Positions 44,255 to 54,226 of a stretch of 64,000 nt of DNA are shown here, one piece after another. Position 1 is the stretch's first letter; the number at the start of each line of letters is the position of its first letter. A program made the translations under genes and the position numbers. This DNA is from a virus (lineage: Duplodnaviria > Caudoviricetes): positions 1-64,000 of IMG/VR virus record IMGVR_UViG_3300031606_000339; one strand, written 5' to 3'. Below the pieces are notes generated by a model. The model did not search any database. It was not told the origin of the DNA and worked only from the letters and a program-made list of their open reading frames with translations.

Positions 44255-45276
44255 AAAAAGAAGTACTGATTACTGGCGTAGCGGGACTGATTGGAGCTAA
44301 CTTTGCCGATTGGATCTTAAAGAACAGACCAGAGATCGGCGTCGTCGGGGTAGACGATCTAAGCGGAGGATACGAAAGCAACGTAGACGAAAGAGTTAAG
44401 TTTTATAAGCGTAACCTAATCCACGATTCAGTTTCAGATATCCTCGAGAAGCACAACATCGCTTACGTTTTTCATTTTGCAGCTTATGCGGCTGAGGGAC
44501 TTAGCCCCTTCATGAGGAAATACAACTACCTTAACAACACGGTAGCTACAGCTAATATAATAAATAACTGTATAAACCACAAAGTAGAGAGACTAGTCTT
44601 CACCTCCACGATGGCTGTATATGGACACGCAGGAATGAGCTCCAGAGATGGCCAACTTACAACTTCCTTCTCGGAGCACCAGACCCCAGAGCCCATTGAT
44701 CCATATGGCATAGCGAAATACGCATGCGAGATGGACATCAATGTCGCCGGCAAACAGCACGGATTAGACTATTGCATAATTAGACCCCACAACGTCTACG
44801 GCAAAAAGCAAAACATCTGGGACAGGTACAGAAATGTTTTGGGAATTTGGATGTACCAACACCTACACGGACAACCATTCAGCATCTTCGGAGACGGAGA
44901 GCAGAAAAGAGCCTTCAGCTGTATAGATGATTCGTTGCATTGCCTATGGACCGCGGCGGTTTCCCCGGGGTGCTCAAAGGAAATCATTAACCTAGGAGGA
45001 ACAAAAGAATACACCATCAACCAAGCGTCGAAAATACTCATGAAAGTTATTGAGAGCGGAGACGTAAGGTACCATGAAAAAAGGCACGAAGTTAAAAACG
45101 CGTGGGCTTCTTTCGAGAAGTCAGTAAGGCTACTGAACTACAAGAACAATACCCCGCTCGAGAAGGGCTTAAGAGACATGTGGAAGTGGGCACAGGTTCA
45201 ACCTGATAGACCAAGGCAGTCTTGGGACGAGTATGAAGTCGAAGAAAAAATATACGACTTCTGGAAGAATAAATAA
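44251..45276 (+). CDS. NAD-dependent sugar epimerase/dehydratase
   Basis: TGVAGLIG, HFAA, PYGIAK and RPHNVYG motifs. Confidence 0.92.
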   Translation: MKKEVLITGVAGLIGANFADWILKNRPEIGVVGVDDLSGGYESNVDERVKFYKRNLIHDSVSDILEKHNIAYVFHFAAYAAEGLSPFMRKYNYLNNTVATANIINNCINHKVERLVFTSTMAVYGHAGMSSRDGQLTTSFSEHQTPEPIDPYGIAKYACEMDINVAGKQHGLDYCIIRPHNVYGKKQNIWDRYRNVLGIWMYQHLHGQPFSIFGDGEQKRAFSCIDDSLHCLWTAAVSPGCSKEIINLGGTKEYTINQASKILMKVIESGDVRYHEKRHEVKNAWASFEKSVRLLNYKNNTPLEKGLRDMWKWAQVQPDRPRQSWDEYEVEEKIYDFWKNK

Positions 45277-45278
45277 AG

Positions 45279-46103
45279 ATGGGGTACAAATACCTAAGCG
45301 GCAATGCGTTTAAGAATATTTGCAAGTATTCTAGCGGACATTATTCATCCGCCAGAGAACCCCACTTTGACTTTAAGGTTAGAAAGGACCTAGAGAACAA
45401 TTATGTCTTCATTAAGACTGAGTACATCGCTACTTTTTTTGAGTATATACATTTAGATTTTCCATTTAAAATAATTACACACAACTCCGACGAGGCGATT
45501 GACCATAGATTTTTGAAATATCTAGACAACCCCTTGGTAGAAGAATGGTACGGACAAAACATAAGCGCCGACCACCCCAAGCTTCGATCCATACCCATAG
45601 GTCTAGCTAACCCTAAATGGGCTCACGGCAACGAAAGAACAATGGACCTAGCCATAGACGCGGAGCACTGGAAAAACAAAAAAAGATTTGTATATGTCAA
45701 TTTCGATATAGGAACAAATCCACCCGAGAGGCAAAAATGCCTACAGGAAACCGGACTACAAATGGCAGGAAGGGAGAGCTTCCCGAGCTACCTGAGAGAC
45801 ATGGGGGAAAGCTTCTTCGCTCTATCTCCAAACGGCAACGGCATAGACTGTCATAAGCACTGGGAGTGTTTCTACATGAGGACTATTCCAATCGTAACCC
45901 GTAGTTTAAACTTAAAATATTACAGAGACTATCCGTTCCTTATAATAGACGACTGGAAAGACTTCAAGGATCTAGAACTAACCCCAGAACTATACAAAAA
46001 AATATGGAATAACTTCAATGTAGACCATATACTACTAGACAATTATCTATTAAAAATCGGATTACAAAATGAACAAGCAACTTTTTCTGGACTTTTTAGG
46101 TGA
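45279..46103 (+). CDS. Exostosin (GT47)-like protein
   Basis: ITHNSD, IPIG and FALSP.GNG.DCH..WE motifs. Confidence 0.7.
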   Translation: MGYKYLSGNAFKNICKYSSGHYSSAREPHFDFKVRKDLENNYVFIKTEYIATFFEYIHLDFPFKIITHNSDEAIDHRFLKYLDNPLVEEWYGQNISADHPKLRSIPIGLANPKWAHGNERTMDLAIDAEHWKNKKRFVYVNFDIGTNPPERQKCLQETGLQMAGRESFPSYLRDMGESFFALSPNGNGIDCHKHWECFYMRTIPIVTRSLNLKYYRDYPFLIIDDWKDFKDLELTPELYKKIWNNFNVDHILLDNYLLKIGLQNEQATFSGLFR

Positions 46104-46536
46104 CAAGCTCTTATGTAGAATAAAGCCCTCAAAAATAGAGGGAGTGGGGGTGTTTGCTATAAAGGATATCCCCAAGGAAACCAAGCTTTTCGAGGCTTAC
46201 TTTTCTAGCGCTTATGAGGTATTTGTGCCGTGGGAAAGGTGGTACTCTTACCCAAAGGAAGAGATCGAGGACCTAGATGAAGGAGTCAAAAAATTAGTCT
46301 ATGATTTTTGCGAGGAAACGGAAGGGAGCGTGGCTGTTTGCTCAAACATGCCTAGAGACATAGAAGGGGGCTGTATTTATTTATTAAATCACTCAGAGGA
46401 ACCAAACGTGAAGTTTTTATATCCAGAAGGAGCATACGTCACTGTTAAAAAAATTGAAAAAGGAGAGGAGCTATGCTTCAATTATAGTGAAGATTTTAAA
46501 AAAGCTAAAGAAGAAATAAGCGAATGGACAGAATGA
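46069..46536 (+). CDS. SET-domain protein
   Basis: S.I.G.GVFA..DI, LNHS..PN and I..GEEL..NY. Confidence 0.88.
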   Translation: MNKQLFLDFLGDKLLCRIKPSKIEGVGVFAIKDIPKETKLFEAYFSSAYEVFVPWERWYSYPKEEIEDLDEGVKKLVYDFCEETEGSVAVCSNMPRDIEGGCIYLLNHSEEPNVKFLYPEGAYVTVKKIEKGEELCFNYSEDFKKAKEEISEWTE

Positions 46537-46537
46537 T

Positions 46538-47206
46538 ATGGCTTACCTTAATACTCCAGTACCAGTAATAACCGCCTACGTTAGGGGAAATTTCTTGAGG
46601 AACCAAGAAGACTCTTTTGAAAAGAAGTACCCAGCGTTAATATTTGGGGTATCAAGCATTCCGGGCTACGCGCCGCTGTTTCATTTCGTAAACGAAGACG
46701 GAGGTTTATGGTGGCGCATGCCGATACATGCCTTCTGTTGGAAAGAGGAATCAGAAGAGCAAGAGCTAGACGAGCTAGTGCTGTGGGATAGCTATAGCTA
46801 TCACGTAAGCGTAACTCAATTCCCTTGGCTTAAAAATAAAAAAATGTCATTCACCAGCAGAAGAAAAAATAAATACACCGGCAGGTACCTATTCACGCTT
46901 GACTGGGCAGAAGCAGACGAACAATATACGAACTCATCCATATCAGAAGACCCCGGACACCATAAGTGTGGGCACGTCATAGAGCTAGACAACGGTAACT
47001 ACGCAATACAGCCGAACAACAGAGTAATCGTTCACGAGCCCGCATTCTCAGTTAAGCAAGGAGAACAAATTCTAGACAGAAAGTTTAATACGCACATATG
47101 GACTGCAGAAGGCAGCGAGAAGTGGGTGACAGAAGACACAGACTCTAGCCACTCCTACGAGTTTAAGCCAAACAAGCCCAAAGGGATTGGACCAAAATCT
47201 AAATGA
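46538..47206 (+). CDS. Conserved phage hypothetical protein
   Basis: MAYLN..P, YLFTLDW, HKCGH and GN.A.QPNNR. Confidence 0.75.
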   Translation: MAYLNTPVPVITAYVRGNFLRNQEDSFEKKYPALIFGVSSIPGYAPLFHFVNEDGGLWWRMPIHAFCWKEESEEQELDELVLWDSYSYHVSVTQFPWLKNKKMSFTSRRKNKYTGRYLFTLDWAEADEQYTNSSISEDPGHHKCGHVIELDNGNYAIQPNNRVIVHEPAFSVKQGEQILDRKFNTHIWTAEGSEKWVTEDTDSSHSYEFKPNKPKGIGPKSK

Positions 47207-48006
47207 AATTTTTCTATTCTCATATCTTTGGAGATTTTGCAGATCATCACGACTTATACTATAGCCTGAGCTACGCAGAGATAGAGCACGGAGAGGAGAA
47301 TGAAGCTCTAGAGTCCGGATTCATACCCGTTTTTGATTCAATAGAGCTATCTAAATACTGGAGCGACCACAAGAACATATGGTTCCAAGGCAGGCAGACG
47401 AGGATTAATTTAGAGAAATTTCAATGGAGGAAGTCTGTTAGAAAAAAGTCTAAAAGCAAAAACAAGGTGACCTATTACAGTAAAAGAGTGCAAGATGTAA
47501 CGAGCGCAGAAGAAGAGAGGATGGGAGAGATATGCAAAGCCTACATCAAACACAAGTTCAGCAGGGAGCTTTCGGAAAAGGACGAAGAATATTTCTATGA
47601 CTACGTATTTAAAAGAGCAAGTAATAGAGAGATAATTTTTTATCTAAGGAGTAACGAAATCGTAGCGTTTAGCTGCCACCACATTTACGATAAAGCCAAG
47701 GTAATTAGCCAATTTTGCTGGGACTATGCTGAGCCGAGGCTGGGGCTAGGGATCTACTCCCTCCATGTTGAAATTGAAAACGCCAAAGAAAATAATAATT
47801 ACGTATACATGGGTCTAAGCTACGGAGACTGCTCGCTCTACAAGAAAGATATATGCGGCTTTGAATTTTGGACGGGCAGAGAATGGACAGACGACACGGC
47901 TCTTTATGAAAAAATGGTGACCCAAGAGACAGGACTGAAGACGCTCAAGGATCTAGAAAGGCTTCAAGACGCTCACTTTGAAAACCTAGAAACGATAAAA
48001 AACTAA
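47203..48006 (+). CDS. Arginyl/leucyl-tRNA-protein transferase (ATE/Bpt)-like GNAT protein
   Basis: Q.RQTRI.L..F, WDY....LGLG.YS...EI..AK and YVYMG......YK. Confidence 0.65.
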   Translation: MKFFYSHIFGDFADHHDLYYSLSYAEIEHGEENEALESGFIPVFDSIELSKYWSDHKNIWFQGRQTRINLEKFQWRKSVRKKSKSKNKVTYYSKRVQDVTSAEEERMGEICKAYIKHKFSRELSEKDEEYFYDYVFKRASNREIIFYLRSNEIVAFSCHHIYDKAKVISQFCWDYAEPRLGLGIYSLHVEIENAKENNNYVYMGLSYGDCSLYKKDICGFEFWTGREWTDDTALYEKMVTQETGLKTLKDLERLQDAHFENLETIKN

Positions 48007-48936
48007 ATGAGTAGCAAAATCAAACTGAAGTTCACGTGCTTTTGGTCAAGCCCAGAAGCCACCAACAAAAGGATGATCCACAACTGGGGAGTACCCCCAG
48101 AATGTTTTGAGCTTACCGCAGGCGACGACTTCGATTATCTAGTAACACTATGTCACGGAGAAGAGATGCTAACCACGGCAAAAGAAAAAAATATTTTAGT
48201 AGGAATGGAAGCAAGCTGGAGCCTCAACTCAAGGGGAAGCCTAGCGACCATGTGCAAATTAGTGGTTACCCCAGATGAAACCGTTAAGGGAAGCAACGTA
48301 GTACACAGACACCCATTCATGTTTAACGAAGACTCCAGAAATGACCAGCAGTCGCACTTTGTAAATGGACCGAGTCCCACGGAGTACTTAAGCAACATAG
48401 ATTTTCACCCAAAAGTAGACAACAAATTCTACAAGAAGAAATTGTCTTTTTTTGTAGCGAATCATTACGCGCTAGCCGGAGCCCCGCAGCACCCAGACTC
48501 TAACTACCTCATAAAAGAAAAACTACTTAAAAAAATATTAGAGTCAGACCTGAACTGTGACATCTACGGCAGGGGATGGGACATACAGGACTCTAGATAC
48601 AAAGGAGCGCCAGCGCTAAAGGTGGACGGTCTAAGAGACTATAAATACAGCATAGCAATAGACAACGCTCGCGAAAAATACTATCTATCTGAGAAATTAT
48701 TTGATTGCTTTTTAAACAACTGCGTTCCAATTTACTATGGTTGTAGCACGGCTCATGAAGCTTATGACTCTAGATCTTTTGCGATTTTTTTCCCAGAAAG
48801 AGAGGACGTCATAGGAGAACTAGAAAAGCATATTAGCTTTCCCGCAGAGCCGTACCACAAGTATGTATTAGAATCGAAAAGGAAATACTACACAGAACAT
48901 AATTTATTTATTTTTTTAATGGAAAAATTGACATGA
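48007..48936 (+). CDS. GT10 (alpha-1,3-fucosyltransferase-like)
   Basis: YKYSIAIDNA....Y.SEKL.D......VPIYYG. Confidence 0.8.
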   Translation: MSSKIKLKFTCFWSSPEATNKRMIHNWGVPPECFELTAGDDFDYLVTLCHGEEMLTTAKEKNILVGMEASWSLNSRGSLATMCKLVVTPDETVKGSNVVHRHPFMFNEDSRNDQQSHFVNGPSPTEYLSNIDFHPKVDNKFYKKKLSFFVANHYALAGAPQHPDSNYLIKEKLLKKILESDLNCDIYGRGWDIQDSRYKGAPALKVDGLRDYKYSIAIDNAREKYYLSEKLFDCFLNNCVPIYYGCSTAHEAYDSRSFAIFFPEREDVIGELEKHISFPAEPYHKYVLESKRKYYTEHNLFIFLMEKLT

Positions 48937-49607
48937 AATTAAACGTAGAAAAAGTTTTCGTCGCACACTATACGCCGCTTAAGCCAAGGAAGGAATTTTT
49001 AACTCAGTATTTTGAGCGCAACGGAATAGATATCGTTCAGTGGGTCGAGACCGAGACGTACCCCGATAATTTTTGGAGAACTAATGCGGAAAAATGGACA
49101 GAAAAAATAAGCTACGCATACCCGAAAGTGCACGACACAGCGAGAAGGCTATCCCCCCAAGAAAGATCAGTAGCACTTAAGCACTATACTATTTTTCAAG
49201 AGATCTTAAAGGAAGACGGTGAGAACTTTTTAGTATTAGAAGACGACGTCTTTTTCGCTACAGAATTCGCAGAGCTATTTAACACGAACCTAAAAGAGAC
49301 CCCCAAAGACTGGGATACAATAATGATCGGAACCGGAGCAAACCTGCGCATACCGATCAAGGAGCAAGGCAAGGTCGCCCACCTAAAAGACCACCCAGCC
49401 ACAAAGTGCCTAGATTCTTACATAATTAAAAAGAGTGTCGTAAAAAAGATAATGGAGATGGAAGACCTTTTACCCATAGACTTGCCTATTGACTTTGAGT
49501 TAGCCTATGTATTTAAAAAACTAGATATAAAAACCTACTGGTGGGAGCCGGGGATAACAATTCAAGGCAGCCAAAACGGCTTTTATAAATCAGCAATTCC
49601 TCACTAA
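48933..49607 (+). CDS. GT25-like glycosyltransferase
   Basis: S..LKH, LVLEDD and PID motifs. Confidence 0.75.
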   Translation: MKLNVEKVFVAHYTPLKPRKEFLTQYFERNGIDIVQWVETETYPDNFWRTNAEKWTEKISYAYPKVHDTARRLSPQERSVALKHYTIFQEILKEDGENFLVLEDDVFFATEFAELFNTNLKETPKDWDTIMIGTGANLRIPIKEQGKVAHLKDHPATKCLDSYIIKKSVVKKIMEMEDLLPIDLPIDFELAYVFKKLDIKTYWWEPGITIQGSQNGFYKSAIPH

Positions 49608-49608
49608 G

Positions 49609-50589
49609 ATGAAAGTAGCATTCCACACTAACGAAATTAACGTAAGGGGCACTGAGCTTGCAACCTACAGATACGCCCACTACAACGAGACGATGCTAGA
49701 CAACGAGTCTATATACATTGCTGGACCCACCACCTCAAGATTCGAGCACCCGCTCGCTGCTGAGAAGTTTGAAAAGCGCTTTAAAGTATTTCGATATGAC
49801 AAATGGGAAGAGGTCCAAGACATATTAGATCAAGAAAAGGTCGATGTTCTATACATGCAAAAAGGCGGAGAGTTTGACGGCAAGGTCTCAGAGAAGACGA
49901 AAACCTGCGTGCACGCAGTCTTTCAAAACCACGAGCCCCACGGAGATGTATATGCGTATATTTCCGAATGGCTTAGCCTAAAAGTCACCGAGGGAAAAGA
50001 AAAGTTTGTGCCCTACATAGTCGAAGTACCAGACGTCGAAACAGACCTAAGAGAGAAGTTGGAAATCCCAGAGAACGCAACCGTTTTTGGGAGGACAGGC
50101 GGACCAGACCAGTTCGATGTCCCCTTCGTTCATGAGGCTATCAAGAAAGTTTTAGACGAAAGAGAAGATGTCTATTTTATTTTTCTAAACACCAACAACT
50201 TCCTAGAGCATGAACGTGTCAAATATCTGCCGGCAACAGCCGATGAGGTTTACAAAACCGAATTCATAAACACTTGCGACGCGATGATTCACGCGAGATT
50301 TATGGGCGAGTCTTTTGGAATGGCGATTGCAGAATTCTCTCTAAAAAATAAGCCCGTAATAACTGGGTGGGGAGGAAACGACCAAGCACACTTACATATG
50401 CTCAAAGAGAAAGGGATCTACTATAACAGCTATGAATCTATTCTAGAGATTTTAAGATCAATGAAGAAGGGAGACTTCGAAGACGGGGACTGGAACGCCT
50501 ATGATGGGTTCCGCGCGGAAATAGTTATGAAGCAATTCGAAAATGTTTTCCTTGATGGTTATAGAACCGCGTGGAGGATGTCGCACTAA
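49609..50589 (+). CDS. GT-B glycosyltransferase-like protein
   Basis: RGTE, HAR..GESFG.AI.EF...NKPVIT. Confidence 0.75.
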   Translation: MKVAFHTNEINVRGTELATYRYAHYNETMLDNESIYIAGPTTSRFEHPLAAEKFEKRFKVFRYDKWEEVQDILDQEKVDVLYMQKGGEFDGKVSEKTKTCVHAVFQNHEPHGDVYAYISEWLSLKVTEGKEKFVPYIVEVPDVETDLREKLEIPENATVFGRTGGPDQFDVPFVHEAIKKVLDEREDVYFIFLNTNNFLEHERVKYLPATADEVYKTEFINTCDAMIHARFMGESFGMAIAEFSLKNKPVITGWGGNDQAHLHMLKEKGIYYNSYESILEILRSMKKGDFEDGDWNAYDGFRAEIVMKQFENVFLDGYRTAWRMSH

Positions 50590-50592
50590 GTA

Positions 50593-51348
50593 ATGAAAAC
50601 GTGCTTGATAAAGCAGCCCCAAGGAATAGGGGACATATTTTTTACTCAAAAAATAGCTTACCACTTTCGCCACCTTGGATACAGGGTAATCTGGCCGGTG
50701 GTTCCAGTATACAAAAGTATAAAAGAATACATGACCAACTTCGAATACCCCTGTATCGAGGATGACTTTGAGCATAAAGACCTTTACGAATCCTGCGGTA
50801 AAGATAAAATATTTCGATGGAAAGAAGGCTCACCAGATGAGATCATAGTGGTTCCCACAAATCATCTGTCAACGCCAGAAGAGATCCCGGTTATGTTCAG
50901 GAAGTTCGCCTTAGTTGGTTTAGATTATTCTGACTGGGCGGATTGGTTTAATTTTAAAAGAAACACAGAGAAGGAAAACAGGCTTTACTACGACGTACTG
51001 GGTCTAAAGGATAATGAAGAATACATATTTGTAAACCGAAACATAGGAACGCCGCCTCATGACTTCAGCCGGTGGGATGTGCCTGTCGATTCGAAAATAG
51101 GAAAACAAATAGATAGCTCATTTGAAAATGGGTTCACGCTATTTGATTGGTGCAAGGTCCTAGAAAACGCTAGCGAATTCCACGTCTTAGAGACGTCAAT
51201 AACCTACTTGATAGAAAAAATAAACACGAAAGCCTCAGTATACAACATGTTTAGCCGTAACCTTCATAACGACTTCTCTGAGTATAAAGAGATCTATAAG
51301 AACAAAAGCTGGAACTGGCGCAAGTTCAATCATCGCAGGATAATATAA
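50593..51348 (+). CDS. Hypothetical protein, GT-B/GT9-like
   Basis: QP.GIGDI N-terminal motif; operon context. Confidence 0.55.
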   Translation: MKTCLIKQPQGIGDIFFTQKIAYHFRHLGYRVIWPVVPVYKSIKEYMTNFEYPCIEDDFEHKDLYESCGKDKIFRWKEGSPDEIIVVPTNHLSTPEEIPVMFRKFALVGLDYSDWADWFNFKRNTEKENRLYYDVLGLKDNEEYIFVNRNIGTPPHDFSRWDVPVDSKIGKQIDSSFENGFTLFDWCKVLENASEFHVLETSITYLIEKINTKASVYNMFSRNLHNDFSEYKEIYKNKSWNWRKFNHRRII

Positions 51349-51349
51349 C

Positions 51350-52009
51350 ATGGAAGACGGCGAAAAAATGGTATGGTGCTGCGGCAATTACAGGAGCGGG
51401 TCTACCCTAATCTATAGAATAATCAAAAGCCTCCTCAAAGAGGCTGGATACAATTCAATTTACAGCACAATGAAAGTCCACCAAGATTGGATGGAAAAAT
51501 TTAACGAAAGAGACCTCTCCGTATACAGCTATCGAGACATGAGGGACGTAATGGCTTCTTTTTTCTACAGAGATAAAGTAAACTTTGAAACCTTTCGAGA
51601 TCACACAGGCGCAGGGAGAAACGTTGTAGAATTTATCAAGTGGATGATAGACTATGACGACTTCATCAAGAGCTACGAGCGCGAGAATCCAAGCAAGGTA
51701 ATCATATTTAAATATGAAGAAGACATCATAAACAAAAACTTTAATTTAGTAGAGTCCATACGTGATTTTTTATTAATCTTAGATGATAGACACAGTCAGG
51801 GGATAGCAGAGAAGCTCTCGTTTGAGAACTCCAAGAGGATAAGCGACAGTCTAACTCAACACGATCAATCCACTCAGCTTCACCCAAACCACCTGAAAGA
51901 CGGGAAGCCAAACAAATACAAGGAAGCCTTCACAGAAGATCAGTTAAAAAAGATAAATCAAGACGATAAAATTTCCGACTGGCTGAAAAGAAACGGATAC
52001 GAAATATGA
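51350..52009 (+). CDS. PAPS-dependent sulfotransferase
   Basis: 5'-PSB RSGST, 3'-PB YRD.RD..AS and KYE. Confidence 0.8.
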   Translation: MEDGEKMVWCCGNYRSGSTLIYRIIKSLLKEAGYNSIYSTMKVHQDWMEKFNERDLSVYSYRDMRDVMASFFYRDKVNFETFRDHTGAGRNVVEFIKWMIDYDDFIKSYERENPSKVIIFKYEEDIINKNFNLVESIRDFLLILDDRHSQGIAEKLSFENSKRISDSLTQHDQSTQLHPNHLKDGKPNKYKEAFTEDQLKKINQDDKISDWLKRNGYEI

Positions 52010-52821
52010 AAAAGTTTTGCGTATTAGAGCAGGGCAAGTATGTTAACCACCGAATTACTGTGGAAAAAAGAGACCTGTATGACAGCAGCGTTTCTGGTTA
52101 TTACCGTTTTAATTGGTACACAGACGAAGACCCGCTTGCGGACATAACCAAAAAGGATGCCGGAGAAAAGACCCTAAGGTGGGCGGAGGGAAGAAACTTT
52201 CTCTTCGAGAACGTAAATAAAGACTATGAATATTTTATATTTATGGACGAAGACGTTAAGGTAAAGACTTACCCAGAAAAAAAACATGACAAAGAAAAAA
52301 TTTTAAGCAGGATCTATGACTTTTTAGAGGAATGGAATCCAATTGCGGCAGTCGCGCACACAGTGAATGTATGGGGCTCAAACGGAGGAGAGGAGCTTTC
52401 GGAAGGAATGGTCAAAGAGGGAGAGCCTAAGTGCGTCAAAAAACACGACGCGTGCATGAGTGTGCTGAGAAAAAGCTTCGCCGAAAGAGTGTTCCCAATA
52501 AAGCACGACGGATCAGACCTGTGCTCAGCTTACCAGCAGTGGCTTGCGGCGACATATTACCCCAGCAAGTTCATGTTTATACCTGAGGTTTTCAGCATAA
52601 ACGCAATAGAAGAACAACACCACCACGTAGATGACAGGGGCGACGAGTGGAGGTTAAGGGTTATCAATGGGTTTGCTGACGAACTGATAGACCCGAGTAA
52701 GTGGTTATCTAATTTCACGAAAGACGGGTACTGGAAAGACCAAGAGGTACTGAGCGGCCATGAGCCGAGCAAAGAAATTGTAGAGGCTACGGATGAAAAA
52801 TTTTCCCAGATTTTTAAATAG
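52006..52821 (+). CDS. GT-A-like hypothetical protein
   Basis: W..GRN and YFIFMDEDV (DxD). Confidence 0.55.
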   Translation: MKKFCVLEQGKYVNHRITVEKRDLYDSSVSGYYRFNWYTDEDPLADITKKDAGEKTLRWAEGRNFLFENVNKDYEYFIFMDEDVKVKTYPEKKHDKEKILSRIYDFLEEWNPIAAVAHTVNVWGSNGGEELSEGMVKEGEPKCVKKHDACMSVLRKSFAERVFPIKHDGSDLCSAYQQWLAATYYPSKFMFIPEVFSINAIEEQHHHVDDRGDEWRLRVINGFADELIDPSKWLSNFTKDGYWKDQEVLSGHEPSKEIVEATDEKFSQIFK

Positions 52822-52843
52822 GCAAACGACACACCCCAGTGAT

Positions 52844-53515
52844 ATGGACAACCTGAAAGACACAATCGAAACCCTTAAACAGACGACGGGCACGCCCAAG
52901 TGCACCGGGTGGATGTATGACGAGCAAGGGCTATTAATCTACTCATTAATAAAATATATTAAGCCAGAAATCGTCATACAAACGGGTCACCTCTGGGGCA
53001 AGTCCGCGTGCTTTATACTGGAAGCGCTAAACGACGGGCTATTAAACACGCGCCACCTTGAAGAATCGCAAGAGTCTGACAAAAATTACACAGGCTTTGT
53101 TGACAGTCATAAACCAGACGCGCAAGAAGAAGCGAAGTTAATTAGCATAGATCCGTTTAGAAGCCCAGAGAGACATACGCCTCCTAGATGGGAAAAAGGA
53201 ATAGAATACTTAAAAGAAAAATATGGAAACAGTTTTGAATTTTACCACGAAACAAGCGATCAGTTTTTCGCGGACAACAGAGAGAAATACGCAGGCAAGC
53301 ATGTCCTAGCCGTGGTTGATGGAGACCATAGTCCCGAAGGCTTACTCAGGGACCTAGAAAACCTAGACGTGATGCAGTGCAAATATATTATCGTTGATGA
53401 TGTATTATTTCTACCTCACCTAGGGAAAGTGTGCAAAGATTTTGCGAGTCGAAAAAGCTTTGAATATGCCCCAATCAATCTGTATAACGGGTTCGGACTG
53501 CTAACCAAAATCTAA
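52844..53515 (+). CDS. Class I SAM methyltransferase (Methyltransf_24-like)
   Basis: QTG...GKS, SIDP, DGDHS and VDD motifs. Confidence 0.75.
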   Translation: MDNLKDTIETLKQTTGTPKCTGWMYDEQGLLIYSLIKYIKPEIVIQTGHLWGKSACFILEALNDGLLNTRHLEESQESDKNYTGFVDSHKPDAQEEAKLISIDPFRSPERHTPPRWEKGIEYLKEKYGNSFEFYHETSDQFFADNREKYAGKHVLAVVDGDHSPEGLLRDLENLDVMQCKYIIVDDVLFLPHLGKVCKDFASRKSFEYAPINLYNGFGLLTKI

Positions 53516-53554
53516 CCTTGCGACTTTAGTAAATTTAATTTAATATAAATAACT

Positions 53555-54226
53555 ATGGAAAAATATTCCTATAACACGAACAAGTATCCGTTCAGAAAGA
53601 TTACCGAAGAATATCTAAAAATTTCTAATTTAGAAAATCTACACGGAGACCACGAGTTCGAGGGAGTTCTCACCTCATCAAAGGGAGAGCATTCCGACCA
53701 GAAACAAGAGCTCCATAGGAAATTCTACGACAGGATGGATCAGGATAACTTACTAAAAGAAAGATACGACCACTTCATTAAAGAGATCATCGCTCCGATT
53801 TTTGACGAGGAGATATATTTTCAAAAATATCCCACCTTCAGGATTCACCAGCCAGACAACATAGCAGTCTTCGAGTTTCACAAGGATAAAACGTACAACC
53901 ACCCCGAGGGAGAGGTAAACATATACCTGCCAATAACAAAAGCTTATGACTCAAACACAATATGGGTAGAGAGCGAAGAAGACAAAGGCGACCACTCCCC
54001 CATGAATGCTGACTACGGAGAAGTCTACGTTTGGGACGGCAACAACTTAGAGCACGGGAATAAGCTAAACGAAACCGGAGAGACTAGACTTAGCTTTGAC
54101 CTTAGGGTAATTACTAAGTCAAATTACAAAAATCGCAAAGAAAAAGGGAGCAGCGTCACAAGCGATACCAAATTTATTCTCGGAGAATACTATGATAGAA
54201 TACCAGCCTTCATGAAGCATAGATGA
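53555..54226 (+). CDS. StrG-like cupin / 2OG-Fe(II) oxygenase
   Basis: FQK.PTFR, HKD..Y.H and HGN..N.T..TR.S.D.R. Confidence 0.7.
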   Translation: MEKYSYNTNKYPFRKITEEYLKISNLENLHGDHEFEGVLTSSKGEHSDQKQELHRKFYDRMDQDNLLKERYDHFIKEIIAPIFDEEIYFQKYPTFRIHQPDNIAVFEFHKDKTYNHPEGEVNIYLPITKAYDSNTIWVESEEDKGDHSPMNADYGEVYVWDGNNLEHGNKLNETGETRLSFDLRVITKSNYKNRKEKGSSVTSDTKFILGEYYDRIPAFMKHR

